A stretch of DNA of 64,000 nucleotides. It comes from an uncultured Conexibacteraceae bacterium. Lineage in GTDB: Bacteria > Actinomycetota > Thermoleophilia > Solirubrobacterales > Solirubrobacteraceae. Numbering within the stretch: position 1 is the first letter of the stretch; each line of letters starts with the position of its first letter. The translations under genes and the position numbers were made by a program. The stretch covers positions 5,690 to 69,689 of the forward strand of contig CAVRFD010000015.1 of assembly GCA_963720195.1 (NCBI GenBank). Reading direction: 5' to 3'. This document shows positions 41,268 through 51,399 of this stretch, one piece after another. The notes beneath the pieces are model-generated. The model ran no database searches. It was not told where the DNA came from and saw only the letters and a program-made list of their open reading frames with translations.

Positions 41268-41336
41268 AGTCTCTCCTCTTACCTCATGGACTCCTCGGTG
41301 ATCGAGCCGGGACAGCAGAACTACCGCGGCATGAAC

Positions 41337-41400
41337 ACCAAGCGCTTGCTTGGTCGGAGATTAGTCCACTCGACGCCCGCATGTCAAGCGCTTGCTTGGT
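41337..41400 (-). promoter_or_regulatory. Sigma70-type promoter bracketed by two KstR2-type operators
   Basis: Minus strand TTGACA (41387-41382), 18 nt, TAATCT (41363-41358); operators ACCAAGCGCTTGCT 41337-41350 and GTCAAGCGCTTGCT 41383-41396. Confidence 0.85.
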
Positions 41401-41417
41401 CAGCATTCGGTTAAGGC

Positions 41418-42188
41418 TCAGACCGCAAAGCCGCCGTCAACGGCAAGCATCTGCCCCGTGATGTACCCGGCACGGTCCGATGCAAGGAACGCCACAGCCT
41501 CAGCGATGTCCTCAGCACTCCCGAAGCGACGCAGAGGGATGTTGCGCATCGCTGCGTCGAGAGCCGTCTGGTCGAGGTCGCCGGAGGCGATCAGCCGCTG
41601 CGCCATGCCGTCCGTGAGCATGCCAGGGCCCACGCAGTTGGCCCTGATGCCGAAACGGCCCTCCTCCGCCGCGATGGCGCGGACCATCATCTCCACCGCC
41701 GCCTTCGGGACCGCGGAGAGTCCGTCACGCACCGCATAGCGCCGTGTCGCGGCGCTGGTGACCGCAACGATCACTCCATGCGCCTGCCGGAGAGCCGGGA
41801 GGGCCGGTGACAGGATGTTGAAGAACGCTACGGCCTCCTGCTCGAGCTGCGTTCGCATCGCGTCAACACCAACGCGACTCAGATGCTTCTGCGGGACGTG
41901 CGGTCCGGCGGCATGGATCAGCGTATGCAGCCCGCCATGCCGTGAGACGACAGCCTCGACCAGGTCTGCGGCGGCCGCCGCGTCGGTGAGCTCCAGCTCG
42001 TAGCAGGACGCCTCACCACCGACACTCCGGATGGCGTCGACGACGGCCTCGGCCGCGGAGCCGTTGGCGCGATAGGTGAGCGCGACGGCGGCACCGCGAG
42101 CGGCAACGAGCCGCGCTATAGCGGCGCCGATGCCCCCACTGCCTCCGGTCACCAGTGCGACCCCAGAACGGGACGAGAAGTCGTCCAT
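41418..42188 (-). CDS. SDR family oxidoreductase (atypical catalytic motif)
   Basis: TGGSGGIG; SAVPK instead of YxxxK; ATG after AGGAGG. Confidence 0.9.
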   Translation of the reverse strand: MDDFSSRSGVALVTGGSGGIGAAIARLVAARGAAVALTYRANGSAAEAVVDAIRSVGGEASCYELELTDAAAAADLVEAVVSRHGGLHTLIHAAGPHVPQKHLSRVGVDAMRTQLEQEAVAFFNILSPALPALRQAHGVIVAVTSAATRRYAVRDGLSAVPKAAVEMMVRAIAAEEGRFGIRANCVGPGMLTDGMAQRLIASGDLDQTALDAAMRNIPLRRFGSAEDIAEAVAFLASDRAGYITGQMLAVDGGFAV

Positions 42189-42211
42189 CGATGCAGCACC
42201 TCCTGTTTGGT

Positions 42212-43144
42212 TCACGACGTTGACTCGCGCCAGGCAGTCGCCAGCCGGATGCACCATTCCCCGACCGACGAGGGCTCCCGACACCAGACGGCCATCGGCG
42301 TATGAACGTCCGTCGCGCCCAGTTCCAGCAGTGTGGGCACCGACGCAAACGACTCGTCGAGCTGCGGACGCCGATCCTGATCGCGCACGACGGGCAATGA
42401 CACTCGCACGCGCATCGAGGCGGGGTCGCGGCCGGCGGCGGACAGTGCCTCGCGGAGCCTGGGGATCGCGGCAGCGACGGCATCGAGCCTTGCATCGGGC
42501 GATGGAATCCAGCCACCGCCGTGGCGCACGAGCCTTGCCACGTTCCGCGGATGAAGCTCACCCGAGATCCACAGCGGCACGCCTCCCGCTTGGACCGGGA
42601 GTGGACGGCACCACACGTCGTCAAACGCCAGGCGCTCAGACCGGAAGCTGGTCTCCCCGCTCCACAGCGTGCGGCAGGCGGCGAGCACGTCGTCGAGCAT
42701 GCGTCCTCGTTCCGAGAACTGAAGCCCCGCGGCCTCGTACTCCTTCGGCAGCCAGCCGACACCGACGCCAAGGTCCAACCGTCCTTCGGAGACGACGTCA
42801 AGCGTCGCGGCCGTCTTCGCAAGCACCGCCGCACCGCGCAGTGGAGCGATCACCACCCCCGTCATGAGCCGGATACGTCGGGTCCTGGCGGCCATCGCGG
42901 CCAGCAGCGTGAGCGGCTCCAGCCATGGCGCATCGGTCCCGCCGGGAAAGGACCCATACGGGTATTGGGCGAGGTCGCCTCCCAGGACGATGTGATCGAC
43001 GAGCGTCAGCGCGTCAATCCCCGCGGCATCCGCTGACGCAGCCAGGTCCAACAGGCTCGGGACCGAGACTCCCTCTCCGTAGTTGGCCAGTCCCAGGTTC
43101 AGCCGCACGTCACCGGCGGGCATTGGAAGCTCCTGGTCGGCCAC
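42212..43144 (-). CDS. LLM class F420-dependent oxidoreductase (TIGR03619-like)
   Basis: DHIV, EPLTLLA..AART.RIRL.TGV, AKTAATLD.VSEGRL.LGVGVGW...EY; start GTG 43144 or ATG 43123. Confidence 0.88.
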   Translation of the reverse strand: MADQELPMPAGDVRLNLGLANYGEGVSVPSLLDLAASADAAGIDALTLVDHIVLGGDLAQYPYGSFPGGTDAPWLEPLTLLAAMAARTRRIRLMTGVVIAPLRGAAVLAKTAATLDVVSEGRLDLGVGVGWLPKEYEAAGLQFSERGRMLDDVLAACRTLWSGETSFRSERLAFDDVWCRPLPVQAGGVPLWISGELHPRNVARLVRHGGGWIPSPDARLDAVAAAIPRLREALSAAGRDPASMRVRVSLPVVRDQDRRPQLDESFASVPTLLELGATDVHTPMAVWCREPSSVGEWCIRLATAWRESTS

Positions 43145-43156
43145 GCGCGCCAGTCT

Positions 43157-43182
43157 ACCAAGCGCTTGCTTGTGTGTATATT
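43157..43182. promoter_or_regulatory. KstR2-type operator between divergent, apparently leaderless promoters
   Basis: ACCAAGCGCTTGCT 43157-43170; + TATATT 43177-43182, 6 nt before the ATG; - TAGACT 7 nt before the GTG. Confidence 0.85.
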
Positions 43183-43188
43183 GCCGCC

Positions 43189-44349
43189 ATGGACTTTGGT
43201 TCAACGGCGGCTGACGAGACATTCCGCGCCGAGGTGCGGGAATGGCTCGCCGACAATCTTCGCGGCGATTTCGACCAGCTACGAGGCACCGGAGGGTCCG
43301 GACGCGAGCATGAGGCGGTGGAGCTGCGCCGCGAGTGGGAGCGAGCCCTCGGAGAAGCCGGCTGGATCGGATTGGGCCTGCCCACTTCGGTCGGCGGCCG
43401 CGGCGCGACGTTGATGCAGCAGGTCATCTTCGCCGAGGAATACGCTCGCGCCGACGCTCCCGGTCGCGTCAACCATATGGGCGAGCACCTGCTCGCCCCG
43501 ACCCTCGCGGCGTTCGGCAGCGAACAGCTTCAACAGCGCTTTCTGCCCGGCATCCTCGGGGGCGAGGACCTCTGGTGTCAGGGCTACTCGGAGCCGGGGG
43601 CGGGCTCTGACCTCGCAGCCGTTCGGACGAGGGCTCAACTCAGCGACGGCCGGTGGTCGATCCACGGGCAGAAGGTGTGGACCTCACTGGCAATGCACGC
43701 CGACTGGTGCTTCGTCGTCGCGCGCACGGAACCGGACTCGGAACGGCATCGCGGACTCTCGTATCTGCTGGTGCCCATGCACCAGAGCGGGATAGACGTC
43801 CGTCCGATCGTGCAGATCACCGGCCACTCGGAGTTCAGCGAGGTGTTCTTCGACGGTGCCACGACCGAGTCGGATTGCGTCGTCGGCGAACCCGGCGACG
43901 GGTGGCGGGTGGCAATGGGAACCCTTGGGTTCGAGCGCGGAGTGGCGACGCTGGCACAGCAGGTGGCGTTCACCCGGGAACTCGATCAGGTGATCGCCAC
44001 CGCCCGAGCGACCGGCGCGATCGGCGACCCCGAGATATCCGGACGGCTGGTTCAGGCCTGGATCGACCTGCGGGTGATGCGCTACCAGGCGCTGCGCACG
44101 CTCGGCACGGACGCACCTGGCGCAGCGTCGATCTCAAAACTCCTATGGGCCAACTGGCACCGGAGCCTCGGGGAGCTCAGTGTCGATGTCCTCGGAGACG
44201 CAGCCACAACCCTCGACGGCGAGCCGTACGAACTGTCGAGCGAGCAGTCGCTTTTCCTATTCACGCGCGCCGACACGATCTACGCCGGCTCGAATGAGAT
44301 CCAACGAAACATCCTGGCCGAGCGGGTACTCGGCCTGCCCAGGGGCTGA
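43189..44349 (+). CDS. fadE30: Acyl-CoA dehydrogenase, FadE30/IpdE1-like (HIP pathway)
   Basis: FRAEVR.WLADNL.G.F..LRG.GG.GREHE, WCQGYSEPGAGSDLA, LFLFTRADTIY.GSNEIQRNI; KstR2 context. Confidence 0.8.
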   Translation: MDFGSTAADETFRAEVREWLADNLRGDFDQLRGTGGSGREHEAVELRREWERALGEAGWIGLGLPTSVGGRGATLMQQVIFAEEYARADAPGRVNHMGEHLLAPTLAAFGSEQLQQRFLPGILGGEDLWCQGYSEPGAGSDLAAVRTRAQLSDGRWSIHGQKVWTSLAMHADWCFVVARTEPDSERHRGLSYLLVPMHQSGIDVRPIVQITGHSEFSEVFFDGATTESDCVVGEPGDGWRVAMGTLGFERGVATLAQQVAFTRELDQVIATARATGAIGDPEISGRLVQAWIDLRVMRYQALRTLGTDAPGAASISKLLWANWHRSLGELSVDVLGDAATTLDGEPYELSSEQSLFLFTRADTIYAGSNEIQRNILAERVLGLPRG

Positions 44350-44355
44350 GTCGCC

Positions 44356-45441
44356 GTGCAGTTCGAATTGACCGATGACCAGCGCGATTTACAGCAGACG
44401 TTGCGGGCGTTCATGGAGCACCATGGCGCCAGCGCGACGGTGCGGGAGGCGGCTGAGCACAACGGCGGATTCGCGCCGGCCGTATGGGAGCGTCTGACCG
44501 GCGAGATGGAGCTCACGGGGCTCGCCGTCGACCCCGATCACGGCGGGACGGGCGCCACATTCGTCGAGGTTGCCATCGCATTGGAGGAGCTGGGACGCAC
44601 ACTCGTCCCGGTTCCGTTCCTGCCGACCGTGGTCGCAGCGCACGTGATCGGCGACGGCGCCCCGGACCACGACGCCGGCGCGCTGCTCGAGCGGATCTGC
44701 GCGGGAGCGCGAGCAACGATCGCGCTCGGCGACAACGAGGTGACCGCGACCACGGTCCAGGGCGGAGTCGCGCTCGAGGGAGAACTGCGTCACGTCTTGG
44801 ACGGACCGCATGCGGATCTCGCCGTTGTGGCGGCGGAGATCGACGGCGAGCCCGCTCTGTTCAGCGTCGGGTTAACCGACCCCGGCGTCGACGTGACCCC
44901 CCTCCCCACATTGGATCAGACGCGACGTCAGGCGACGATCCGACTCGCCGGCGCTGCCGCGGTCAGACTCACACGCCCCGGCTCTGGCATCGTCGCGCTC
45001 GCACGCGCGCGCGATGTACTGTCGGTCGCATACGCGAGCGAGTCCGTCGGTGCCGCCTCGCGATGCTTCGAGATCACACTCACCTACCTCGGCGAGCGGG
45101 TCCAGTTCGGACGACCGATCGGAAGCTTTCAGGCCCTGAAGCACCGCTGCGCCGACATGTTCGTCGCGCTCGAATCTGCCAGGTCGACGGCCCTGTACGC
45201 GAGTTGGGCGGTCGACGGCGCGCCGGAGGAGCTACCGACTGTGGCGCCGCTGGCACAGTTGGTCAGCAGCCAGGCCTTGCTGCGGATTGCCGGAGAGTCG
45301 ATCCAACTGCACGGCGGCATCGGGTTCACCTGGGAGCACGACGCACATCTGTACTTCAAGCGGGCAAAGGCGACCGAACTGCTCAGCGGCGGACACCAAC
45401 GGCTGCGGCGGATCGTCGGCGAGCGCGCTGGCATCATCTGA
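44356..45441 (+). CDS. Acyl-CoA dehydrogenase partner subunit, FadE33/IpdE2-like
   Basis: RVQFGRPIGSFQALKHR.AD, QLHGGIGFTWEHDAHLYFKRA; adjacent to the fadE30-like gene. Confidence 0.85.
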   Translation: MQFELTDDQRDLQQTLRAFMEHHGASATVREAAEHNGGFAPAVWERLTGEMELTGLAVDPDHGGTGATFVEVAIALEELGRTLVPVPFLPTVVAAHVIGDGAPDHDAGALLERICAGARATIALGDNEVTATTVQGGVALEGELRHVLDGPHADLAVVAAEIDGEPALFSVGLTDPGVDVTPLPTLDQTRRQATIRLAGAAAVRLTRPGSGIVALARARDVLSVAYASESVGAASRCFEITLTYLGERVQFGRPIGSFQALKHRCADMFVALESARSTALYASWAVDGAPEELPTVAPLAQLVSSQALLRIAGESIQLHGGIGFTWEHDAHLYFKRAKATELLSGGHQRLRRIVGERAGII

Positions 45442-45447
45442 GCCCGC

Positions 45448-46215
45448 GTGATGAGTGAGCCAGATTTCTCAGGGCAGGTCGTACTGGTCACCGGCGGCAC
45501 GCGCGGGATCGGTGCCGCGATCGCCACTGCCTTCGCGCGTTGTGGGGCAAGCGTCGTGGCGTGTGGGCGCCGGCAGCCGGAGGAGTCCCCCGATGGCGTC
45601 AGCTTCGTGCAGGCTGACGTGCGCGACCCCGAACAGGCAGCCGCCGCGGTCGAGGCAACGGTCGCCCGGCATGGCCGTATCGACATCGTCGTCAATAACG
45701 CTGGAGGCACCGCCCCGGCGCCCGCCGCGAACCTGGCCCCAGACCGTGCTGCGGCAGTCGTGACCCTCAACCTGCTTTCGCCGTTCTACGTTGCCCAACG
45801 AGCGAATGCCGTGATGCAACAGCAGGACAGCGGCGGCATCGTGATCAACATCGGGAGCGTCGCCGACATCCGGCCGGCCCCCGGCGTCGCGATCTACGCC
45901 GCTGCCAAGGCAGGCCTCGTCACCCTGACGCGGGCTCTTGCGCTCGAGTGGGGGCCGAAGGTGAGAGTCAACCTGGTCACACCTGGACTCGTGGAGACCG
46001 AGGGCTCGGCGCGCCACTACGGTGGTGACGATGCGCTCGCAGCAGCCGCTGCGACCATTCCACTCGGTCGGATGGCGGTCCCCGAGGACATCGCGGCGGC
46101 ATGCCTGCTGATCGCCTCCCCGCTCGCGGCACACATCAGCGGCGCGGAGTTGCGGGTCGACGGCGGTGGCGAGGTACCCGGCTGGCTTGTGGCGATCCGC
46201 GCCGCGTCCGACTGA
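45448..46215 (+). CDS. SDR family oxidoreductase (Rv3549c-like)
   Basis: DFSGQVVLVTGGTRGIG, ANAVMQQQDSGG, YAAAKAG, EW.PKVRVN. Confidence 0.88.
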   Translation: MMSEPDFSGQVVLVTGGTRGIGAAIATAFARCGASVVACGRRQPEESPDGVSFVQADVRDPEQAAAAVEATVARHGRIDIVVNNAGGTAPAPAANLAPDRAAAVVTLNLLSPFYVAQRANAVMQQQDSGGIVINIGSVADIRPAPGVAIYAAAKAGLVTLTRALALEWGPKVRVNLVTPGLVETEGSARHYGGDDALAAAAATIPLGRMAVPEDIAAACLLIASPLAAHISGAELRVDGGGEVPGWLVAIRAASD

Positions 46216-46229
46216 GTCAGCCGCGTGCG

Positions 46230-47279
46230 TCAGCGGCCGGCGGCGACATCGGCGAACAACCCTGGCGCCGGCTTGCGCTCGCCCCGCTCGAAGCTGTGCA
46301 CCAGTTCCAGAACGCGCTGGTTGTGAGGCGCCTGGGCTCCCAGAGCATGTGCGCGAGCAACGACAGCGCCGTTGATCACGTCGACCTCGGTCGGGCGTCC
46401 GCGCTCGATGTCCTGAAGCATCGACGCACGCGTCGGACCGGACTTCTCAAGAAGGACGTCCAGTGCCGGGCCATGGACGGCAGGATCGGGGGAAGCGGCA
46501 GCGCCTGCCGGCATTCCCAGGATCGGTTCAAGCGTCAGTTGTTGGCGCAGGCCAAGTTCGTACCCCTCCGCCCACAGCCTGCGGAGTGCTAAGCGGCCGT
46601 CGGGGTCAGTGAGCACCCGGGAGCACTCGCATCCGCCCACGACGCTCATCCCGGAGAGGGCGCTGTTGAGGATCAGCTTCGACCACAGCTGGCCGCGGAT
46701 GTTGCTCGTGACGCGCACCTCCCCGACCGTCGAGAGCACATCGGCCAGCGATCTGGTGCGCGGGCGCACGCTGCCGTCGAGCTCGCCGATCACTGTCGGG
46801 CTGTTACTGGTCTGTCGCACGCGGCCGTCACCGAGGTTGGTCGATCCCCACTCGACTGTCGCCGCGATCAGCCGGTCCTCGCTAACGAGTGCGGCAATGC
46901 GGTCCTGGACCAGGCCGTTGCCGAGGGAGACGAATGTGTCGATCCCGCCGCGCTGCGCCAACACCGGCAGAACCTGCTCAAGGGCCGAGGCTTTGACGGC
47001 GAGCAGGCAGAAATCGAACTCACCGGCCACATCGGCGACGGAGCGGTATGCCTCCAACGGCACGCGGCCGACCGTCCCGCCGCGCTCGACCTCGAGACCT
47101 GGATCTCGGAGCAGATCCGTGGCAGCACGGTCTGAGCCCAGCACGGTCACGCGGCGCACGCTGCCCTGCATCATCGCCGCGATGACGCCGCCGATGGCGC
47201 CCGCTCCCACGACGAGGATCCGCTGTTCAATCACCGGGACCACGCGGCCGGCCGAGGTGTCGGAGTGAGGGGTCGTCAA
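46230..47279 (-). CDS. Ketopantoate reductase (PanE/ApbA) family protein
   Basis: GAGAIGG, SLGNG, WSKL..N, SMLQD..RGR.TEVD.ING. Confidence 0.9.
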   Translation of the reverse strand: MTTPHSDTSAGRVVPVIEQRILVVGAGAIGGVIAAMMQGSVRRVTVLGSDRAATDLLRDPGLEVERGGTVGRVPLEAYRSVADVAGEFDFCLLAVKASALEQVLPVLAQRGGIDTFVSLGNGLVQDRIAALVSEDRLIAATVEWGSTNLGDGRVRQTSNSPTVIGELDGSVRPRTRSLADVLSTVGEVRVTSNIRGQLWSKLILNSALSGMSVVGGCECSRVLTDPDGRLALRRLWAEGYELGLRQQLTLEPILGMPAGAAASPDPAVHGPALDVLLEKSGPTRASMLQDIERGRPTEVDVINGAVVARAHALGAQAPHNQRVLELVHSFERGERKPAPGLFADVAAGR

Positions 47280-47285
47280 GCCGGC

Positions 47286-48383
47286 TCAATCAGCCGGTTG
47301 CGGCGTGGTCTTGCGTTGGTACATCGTGATCCCGACGGCGGCGATGAGCACCACGCCCTGGAAGACCTGCGGCATCCATTGCTGCGTTCCGGCGAGCAGC
47401 AGGCCGACGCTGCCGGTGCCGATCATCAGCACGGCGACCACCGCTCCCCACGGGTTGAAGCGTCCATGGCGGAACTGCGTTGCGCCGACAAACGCGGCCG
47501 AGAACGCGGGGATCAGGTATTCCGGACCGGTACTGGGATCGGCCGATCCGAGCTGCGATGCAAGGCAGATGCCCGCGAAGGAGGCCACCATGCCGGACCA
47601 AAGCAGGGAGAGGGTGCGCAGCCGGTCAACCCTCAGGCCGACAAGGCGCGACACGTCGGGGCCGTAACCCGCGGCGTATATGTGGCGCCCGAACGTTGTC
47701 TGCTCGAGCAGATAGCCGAGGATGAGCATGGCGGCCAGGAGATACAGCACCGGGAGCTGGATACCGCCGACGCTCGTGCTCGCGAAGTTCGTGAAGCTCC
47801 CTGACAGCTTGCCGGTCAGGATCTGGTCCGCCGACACCCAGATGGTCAGCGCGGCGATGATTGATCCCGTCGCCAGAGTGCCGATGAAGGAGTCGATCCG
47901 CATACGGACGACAACGAACGCGTTGAGCAGCCCGATCGCGGCTCCGGCGGCGAGCGTGAGAAGGATCGCCAGGACCGGCGAGAGGCCGAGCGTGTTCAGC
48001 GACCAGCCCGCGAAGACACCCGCGAAGCCCACAGTCGAGCCGATCGAAAGATCGAAGATGCCAGCCGCAAGTGGCATCACAGCGCTCAGCGCGGCGAGGC
48101 CCGTGATCGCGTACTCGTTCAGGACCGTTTTGCCGGTCCGAGCAGTGGGAAACAGATCCGGCTTCCACACCGTGAAGATGGCGATCAGGATGAGCCAGAC
48201 GTAGACCGCGCCGATATTCCGGTAACTCAGATCTGCGCCGACCCTGCTCCACGACCAGCGTGACCGCCGACCTGATCCGCCGTCCGCCGGCCCTGAATCC
48301 GCTGTCACAGCGGGACCCGACGCACCCTCGGCCGGGGCCGGACTGACGTCAACGTCCGCTGGCATCTCTCCGCTCCTCTCCAT
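47286..48383 (-). CDS. Sugar-type (RbsC-like) ABC transporter permease
   Basis: FDLSIG, SFIGTLA, T.FGR.IYA.G......L.G, AAFVG. Confidence 0.92.
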   Translation of the reverse strand: MERSGEMPADVDVSPAPAEGASGPAVTADSGPADGGSGRRSRWSWSRVGADLSYRNIGAVYVWLILIAIFTVWKPDLFPTARTGKTVLNEYAITGLAALSAVMPLAAGIFDLSIGSTVGFAGVFAGWSLNTLGLSPVLAILLTLAAGAAIGLLNAFVVVRMRIDSFIGTLATGSIIAALTIWVSADQILTGKLSGSFTNFASTSVGGIQLPVLYLLAAMLILGYLLEQTTFGRHIYAAGYGPDVSRLVGLRVDRLRTLSLLWSGMVASFAGICLASQLGSADPSTGPEYLIPAFSAAFVGATQFRHGRFNPWGAVVAVLMIGTGSVGLLLAGTQQWMPQVFQGVVLIAAVGITMYQRKTTPQPAD

Positions 48384-48404
48384 CAGTCACTCTGCCGCGA
48401 CTGT

Positions 48405-48423
48405 ACCAAGCGCTTGCTAGGGT
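48405..48423. promoter_or_regulatory. KstR2-type operator between divergent genes, overlapping -10 (TAGGGT)
   Basis: ACCAAGCGCTTGCT 48405-48418. Confidence 0.85.
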
Positions 48424-48430
48424 GTCCAGC

Positions 48431-50077
48431 GTGAGCACGCCGACGAATCGAGAGACGACGCTCAGACAGCGGGTCAGCCCCGAGCTCCAGGCTGAATACC
48501 GCGCGCAGGGCTGGTGGTCCGATCAGACGCTTGCCGATCACGTTGGACGGCACGCCCGCGAACAACCCGACGGGACCGCCTTCACGACGATTGACGGAAG
48601 GCTCACGTGGGCGCAATACGACTCAGCCTCCGATGCGCTGGCGCAGCTCCTGATCGACCTCGGCCTCGAACCTGGAGACCGGGCTGCGGTCCGCCTACCG
48701 GACACTCCGAGCTATCACGTCGCCCAGTTGGCCTGCGAGAAGGCGGGGATCGTCGTGGTCGGAGTGCCCTCGCGCGCCGGCCAGCGCGAGGTCGAGCACC
48801 TGCTCAGCAAGACGCGCGCGGTGGCGGTCATCTCGCACCACATGCATCGGGGCGAGCCTATGTCCGACATCGTGCGCACGCTTCCGGGCATCCGTCATCA
48901 CATCGTCGTCCCCGCATTCGAGATACAGCCCAACGGTCAGCTGCTGGTCGACGGCGAGCTTCGGGAGCCGAACCCCGACCGGGAGCTGATCGCCGCACGG
49001 CGACTGAACGCCGACGAGCTCTGGCTGATCAACTCGACCTCCGGGACAACCGGCCTGCCCAAGTGCGTCCTCCACAACCAGAACCGTTGGCACTACTTCA
49101 GCCGGATGGCGATCGACTTCGGCGGTCTACGGCAGGGTGACGTCGTCGTGAGCGTGGTCCCGACGCCGTACGGCTTCGGGCAGTGGAGCGCGCATTTCGT
49201 GCCGTGCTACCTGGGCGCCAACACCACCCTGATGGAGCGCTTCGACACGGGCCAGACCCTCACGCTGATCGAGCGGGAGCGGGCGACCGTCCTGTGCGCC
49301 GTCTCGACGCAGTTGCGGATGCTGCTCGCCGACCCTGCGTGTGAGCGCACCGATCTCTCATCTCTGCGAGTGATGTTCACCGGCGGCGAGAACGTGCCGT
49401 ACGAGGCGGCGCGACAGTTCGAAGAGACAACCGGCGCAGCGATCCTCAACGTGTACGGCTCGAACGAGGCCGGCTTCGTCACCGGCACCAGCGTCCGCGA
49501 TCCGCAGGAGCGCCGGCTTCGCACGGCCGGACGTCTTCCCCCGGGGACAGAGCTACGACTCTATGACGACCACGGTCTCCAGACGCCACGCCGCGGACAG
49601 CCCGGGTCAAGAGGCCCGTCGATAGGCGCCGGCTACCTCGACGACCCGGCAGCCGATGCGGAACTGTTCACCGAGGACGGCTTCGTGCTCCAGGCCGACA
49701 TCGTCGAGCTCGACGAGGAGGGCTACCTCACCGTGGTCGGACGCAAGTCGGACCTGATCATCCGCGGAGGGAAGAACATCAGCGCGACGGAGGTCGAGGC
49801 AGAGGTCTCGGCGCACCCCGAGGTGGCGCTGGCCTCAGCGGTGCCGATCCCGGACTCGGTGTTCGGCGAGCGGGTCTGCGTGTTCGTCGAGCTCCGGCGG
49901 ACGGACGCGAAGCTCGAGCTCGACGAACTGACCGAGTTCATCCTCGGCCGCGGGGCGTCAAAGGAACTCCTGCCAGAGCGGCTGGTGGTACTCGACGAAC
50001 TACCGCAGTCCGCCGGCGGCAAGGTTGCAAAGAGCGAGCTGCGCGAGTTCGCCGTACGTCTGTCGCGTGAGGCCTGA
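48431..50077 (+). CDS. Acyl-CoA synthetase (cyclohexanecarboxylate-CoA ligase-like family)
   Basis: YR..GWW...TL, TSGTTGLPK, YGSNE, GRKSDLIIRGGKNIS, GGKV.K. Confidence 0.92.
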   Translation: MSTPTNRETTLRQRVSPELQAEYRAQGWWSDQTLADHVGRHAREQPDGTAFTTIDGRLTWAQYDSASDALAQLLIDLGLEPGDRAAVRLPDTPSYHVAQLACEKAGIVVVGVPSRAGQREVEHLLSKTRAVAVISHHMHRGEPMSDIVRTLPGIRHHIVVPAFEIQPNGQLLVDGELREPNPDRELIAARRLNADELWLINSTSGTTGLPKCVLHNQNRWHYFSRMAIDFGGLRQGDVVVSVVPTPYGFGQWSAHFVPCYLGANTTLMERFDTGQTLTLIERERATVLCAVSTQLRMLLADPACERTDLSSLRVMFTGGENVPYEAARQFEETTGAAILNVYGSNEAGFVTGTSVRDPQERRLRTAGRLPPGTELRLYDDHGLQTPRRGQPGSRGPSIGAGYLDDPAADAELFTEDGFVLQADIVELDEEGYLTVVGRKSDLIIRGGKNISATEVEAEVSAHPEVALASAVPIPDSVFGERVCVFVELRRTDAKLELDELTEFILGRGASKELLPERLVVLDELPQSAGGKVAKSELREFAVRLSREA

Positions 50078-50595
50078 TGATCGCTGCCTTCGAGGGAAAG
50101 ATGCCACGCATCGCGGCGACGGCGTTCGTCCATGAACGGGCCACGATCATCGGCGACGTCGAGATCGGCGAGGACTGCAGCATCTGGCCCGGTGCGGTGC
50201 TGAGAGGTGACTTCGGATTCATACGTGTGGGCGCGCGGACGAGCATCCAGGACAACGCCGTGATCCACACCTCGGCCCAGCGCGGTACTCGAATCGGAAG
50301 CGACTGCCTGATCGCGCATCTGGCCTTCATCGAGGCGGCAGAAATCGGCGACGCGTGCATGGTCGCGGTCAGCGCGGTTCTGCACAGCGCGCGGATGCAC
50401 CCCGGGTCGGTGGCGGCTGCGGGGGCTGTGCTCGTCGGCGACGTCGAGGTTCCGAGCGGACACCGGGCGCAGGGGGTTCCCGCGCAGATCGTGCCGATCT
50501 CAAACCCGACTCGGGAGTCGATCGAGGAGAGTGCCGGCAAGTACGTTGCGATGGCGCGGCGTTACCTCGCGGAGCTGTCAGCCACAGGAGCATGA
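50077..50595 (+). CDS. Gamma-carbonic anhydrase/PaaY-CaiE family protein
   Basis: Hexapeptide repeats IIGDVEIGEDCSIWPGAVLRGD, IQDNAVIH. Confidence 0.92.
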   Translation: MIAAFEGKMPRIAATAFVHERATIIGDVEIGEDCSIWPGAVLRGDFGFIRVGARTSIQDNAVIHTSAQRGTRIGSDCLIAHLAFIEAAEIGDACMVAVSAVLHSARMHPGSVAAAGAVLVGDVEVPSGHRAQGVPAQIVPISNPTRESIEESAGKYVAMARRYLAELSATGA

Positions 50596-51326
50596 GCAGC
50601 CGCCTGCAGGGAGCCGTGGTCCTCGTGACCGGCGCCGCCCGCGGTCAGGGCGCAGCCGCGGCGCAGCTGTTCGTTCGGGAGGGCGCATCGGTCGTGCTCG
50701 CGGACGTACTGGTCGATGAGGGGTCCGCTCTGGCCCACGAACTCGGCGAGCAGGCGGAGTTCGTGGCGATGGACGTCCGCGACGAGGACGCCTGGAAGAG
50801 GGCCCTCGATACGACGCTGGCGCGCTTCGGCCGCCTCACGGCGCTCGTCAACAACGCCGGGATCATGTGGAAGCGTCCGCTCCTGGAGGAGACTGTGGAG
50901 GGCTTGGACGAGATCCTTGCGGTCAACCTGCGCGGCGCCTTCCTCGGGGTGCGCACCTGCGCCCCGGCAATCGCCGCGGCAGGCGGCGGCGCGATCGTGA
51001 ACGTCAGCTCGACCGCCGGCATGGTGGGGTATTCGGACCGCGCTGCGTACGCGATGTCGAAATGGGCGATCCGTGGCCTGACCCGTGTCGCCGCCATCGA
51101 GCTTGCGCCCCTCGGCATCAGGGTGAACGCGCTCCTTCCCGGCGGCGTCAACACCGCAATGGCGACCTCCCCGGATGACCCGGCGCACTGGGCGGGGCTC
51201 CCGGCCGGCCGGATCGGCGAGGTCGGCGAGCTGGCCGAGGCCACCCTGTTTCTGATCTCGTCGGGCTGTCAGTACATGACGGGGACCGACCTCGTCGTCG
51301 ACGGGGGCGCGCTCGCCGGCGGCTGA
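50592..51326 (+). CDS. SDR family oxidoreductase (hydroxysteroid dehydrogenase-like)
   Basis: TGAARGQG, LVNNAG, YAMSKWAIRGLT. Confidence 0.9.
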   Translation: MSSRLQGAVVLVTGAARGQGAAAAQLFVREGASVVLADVLVDEGSALAHELGEQAEFVAMDVRDEDAWKRALDTTLARFGRLTALVNNAGIMWKRPLLEETVEGLDEILAVNLRGAFLGVRTCAPAIAAAGGGAIVNVSSTAGMVGYSDRAAYAMSKWAIRGLTRVAAIELAPLGIRVNALLPGGVNTAMATSPDDPAHWAGLPAGRIGEVGELAEATLFLISSGCQYMTGTDLVVDGGALAGG

Positions 51327-51357
51327 CCACCGGCCCCGAGGAGAGGGCGGCAGGTAG

Positions 51358-51388
51358 CCAAGCAAGCGTTTGGTTGTAGGCGTATAAT
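51358..51388 (+). promoter_or_regulatory. KstR2-type operator and TATAAT -10 upstream of the ABC ATPase
   Basis: AGCAAGCGTTTGGT 51361-51374 (1 mismatch); TATAAT 51383-51388. Confidence 0.75.
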
Positions 51389-51399
51389 TGGGAGTCACC

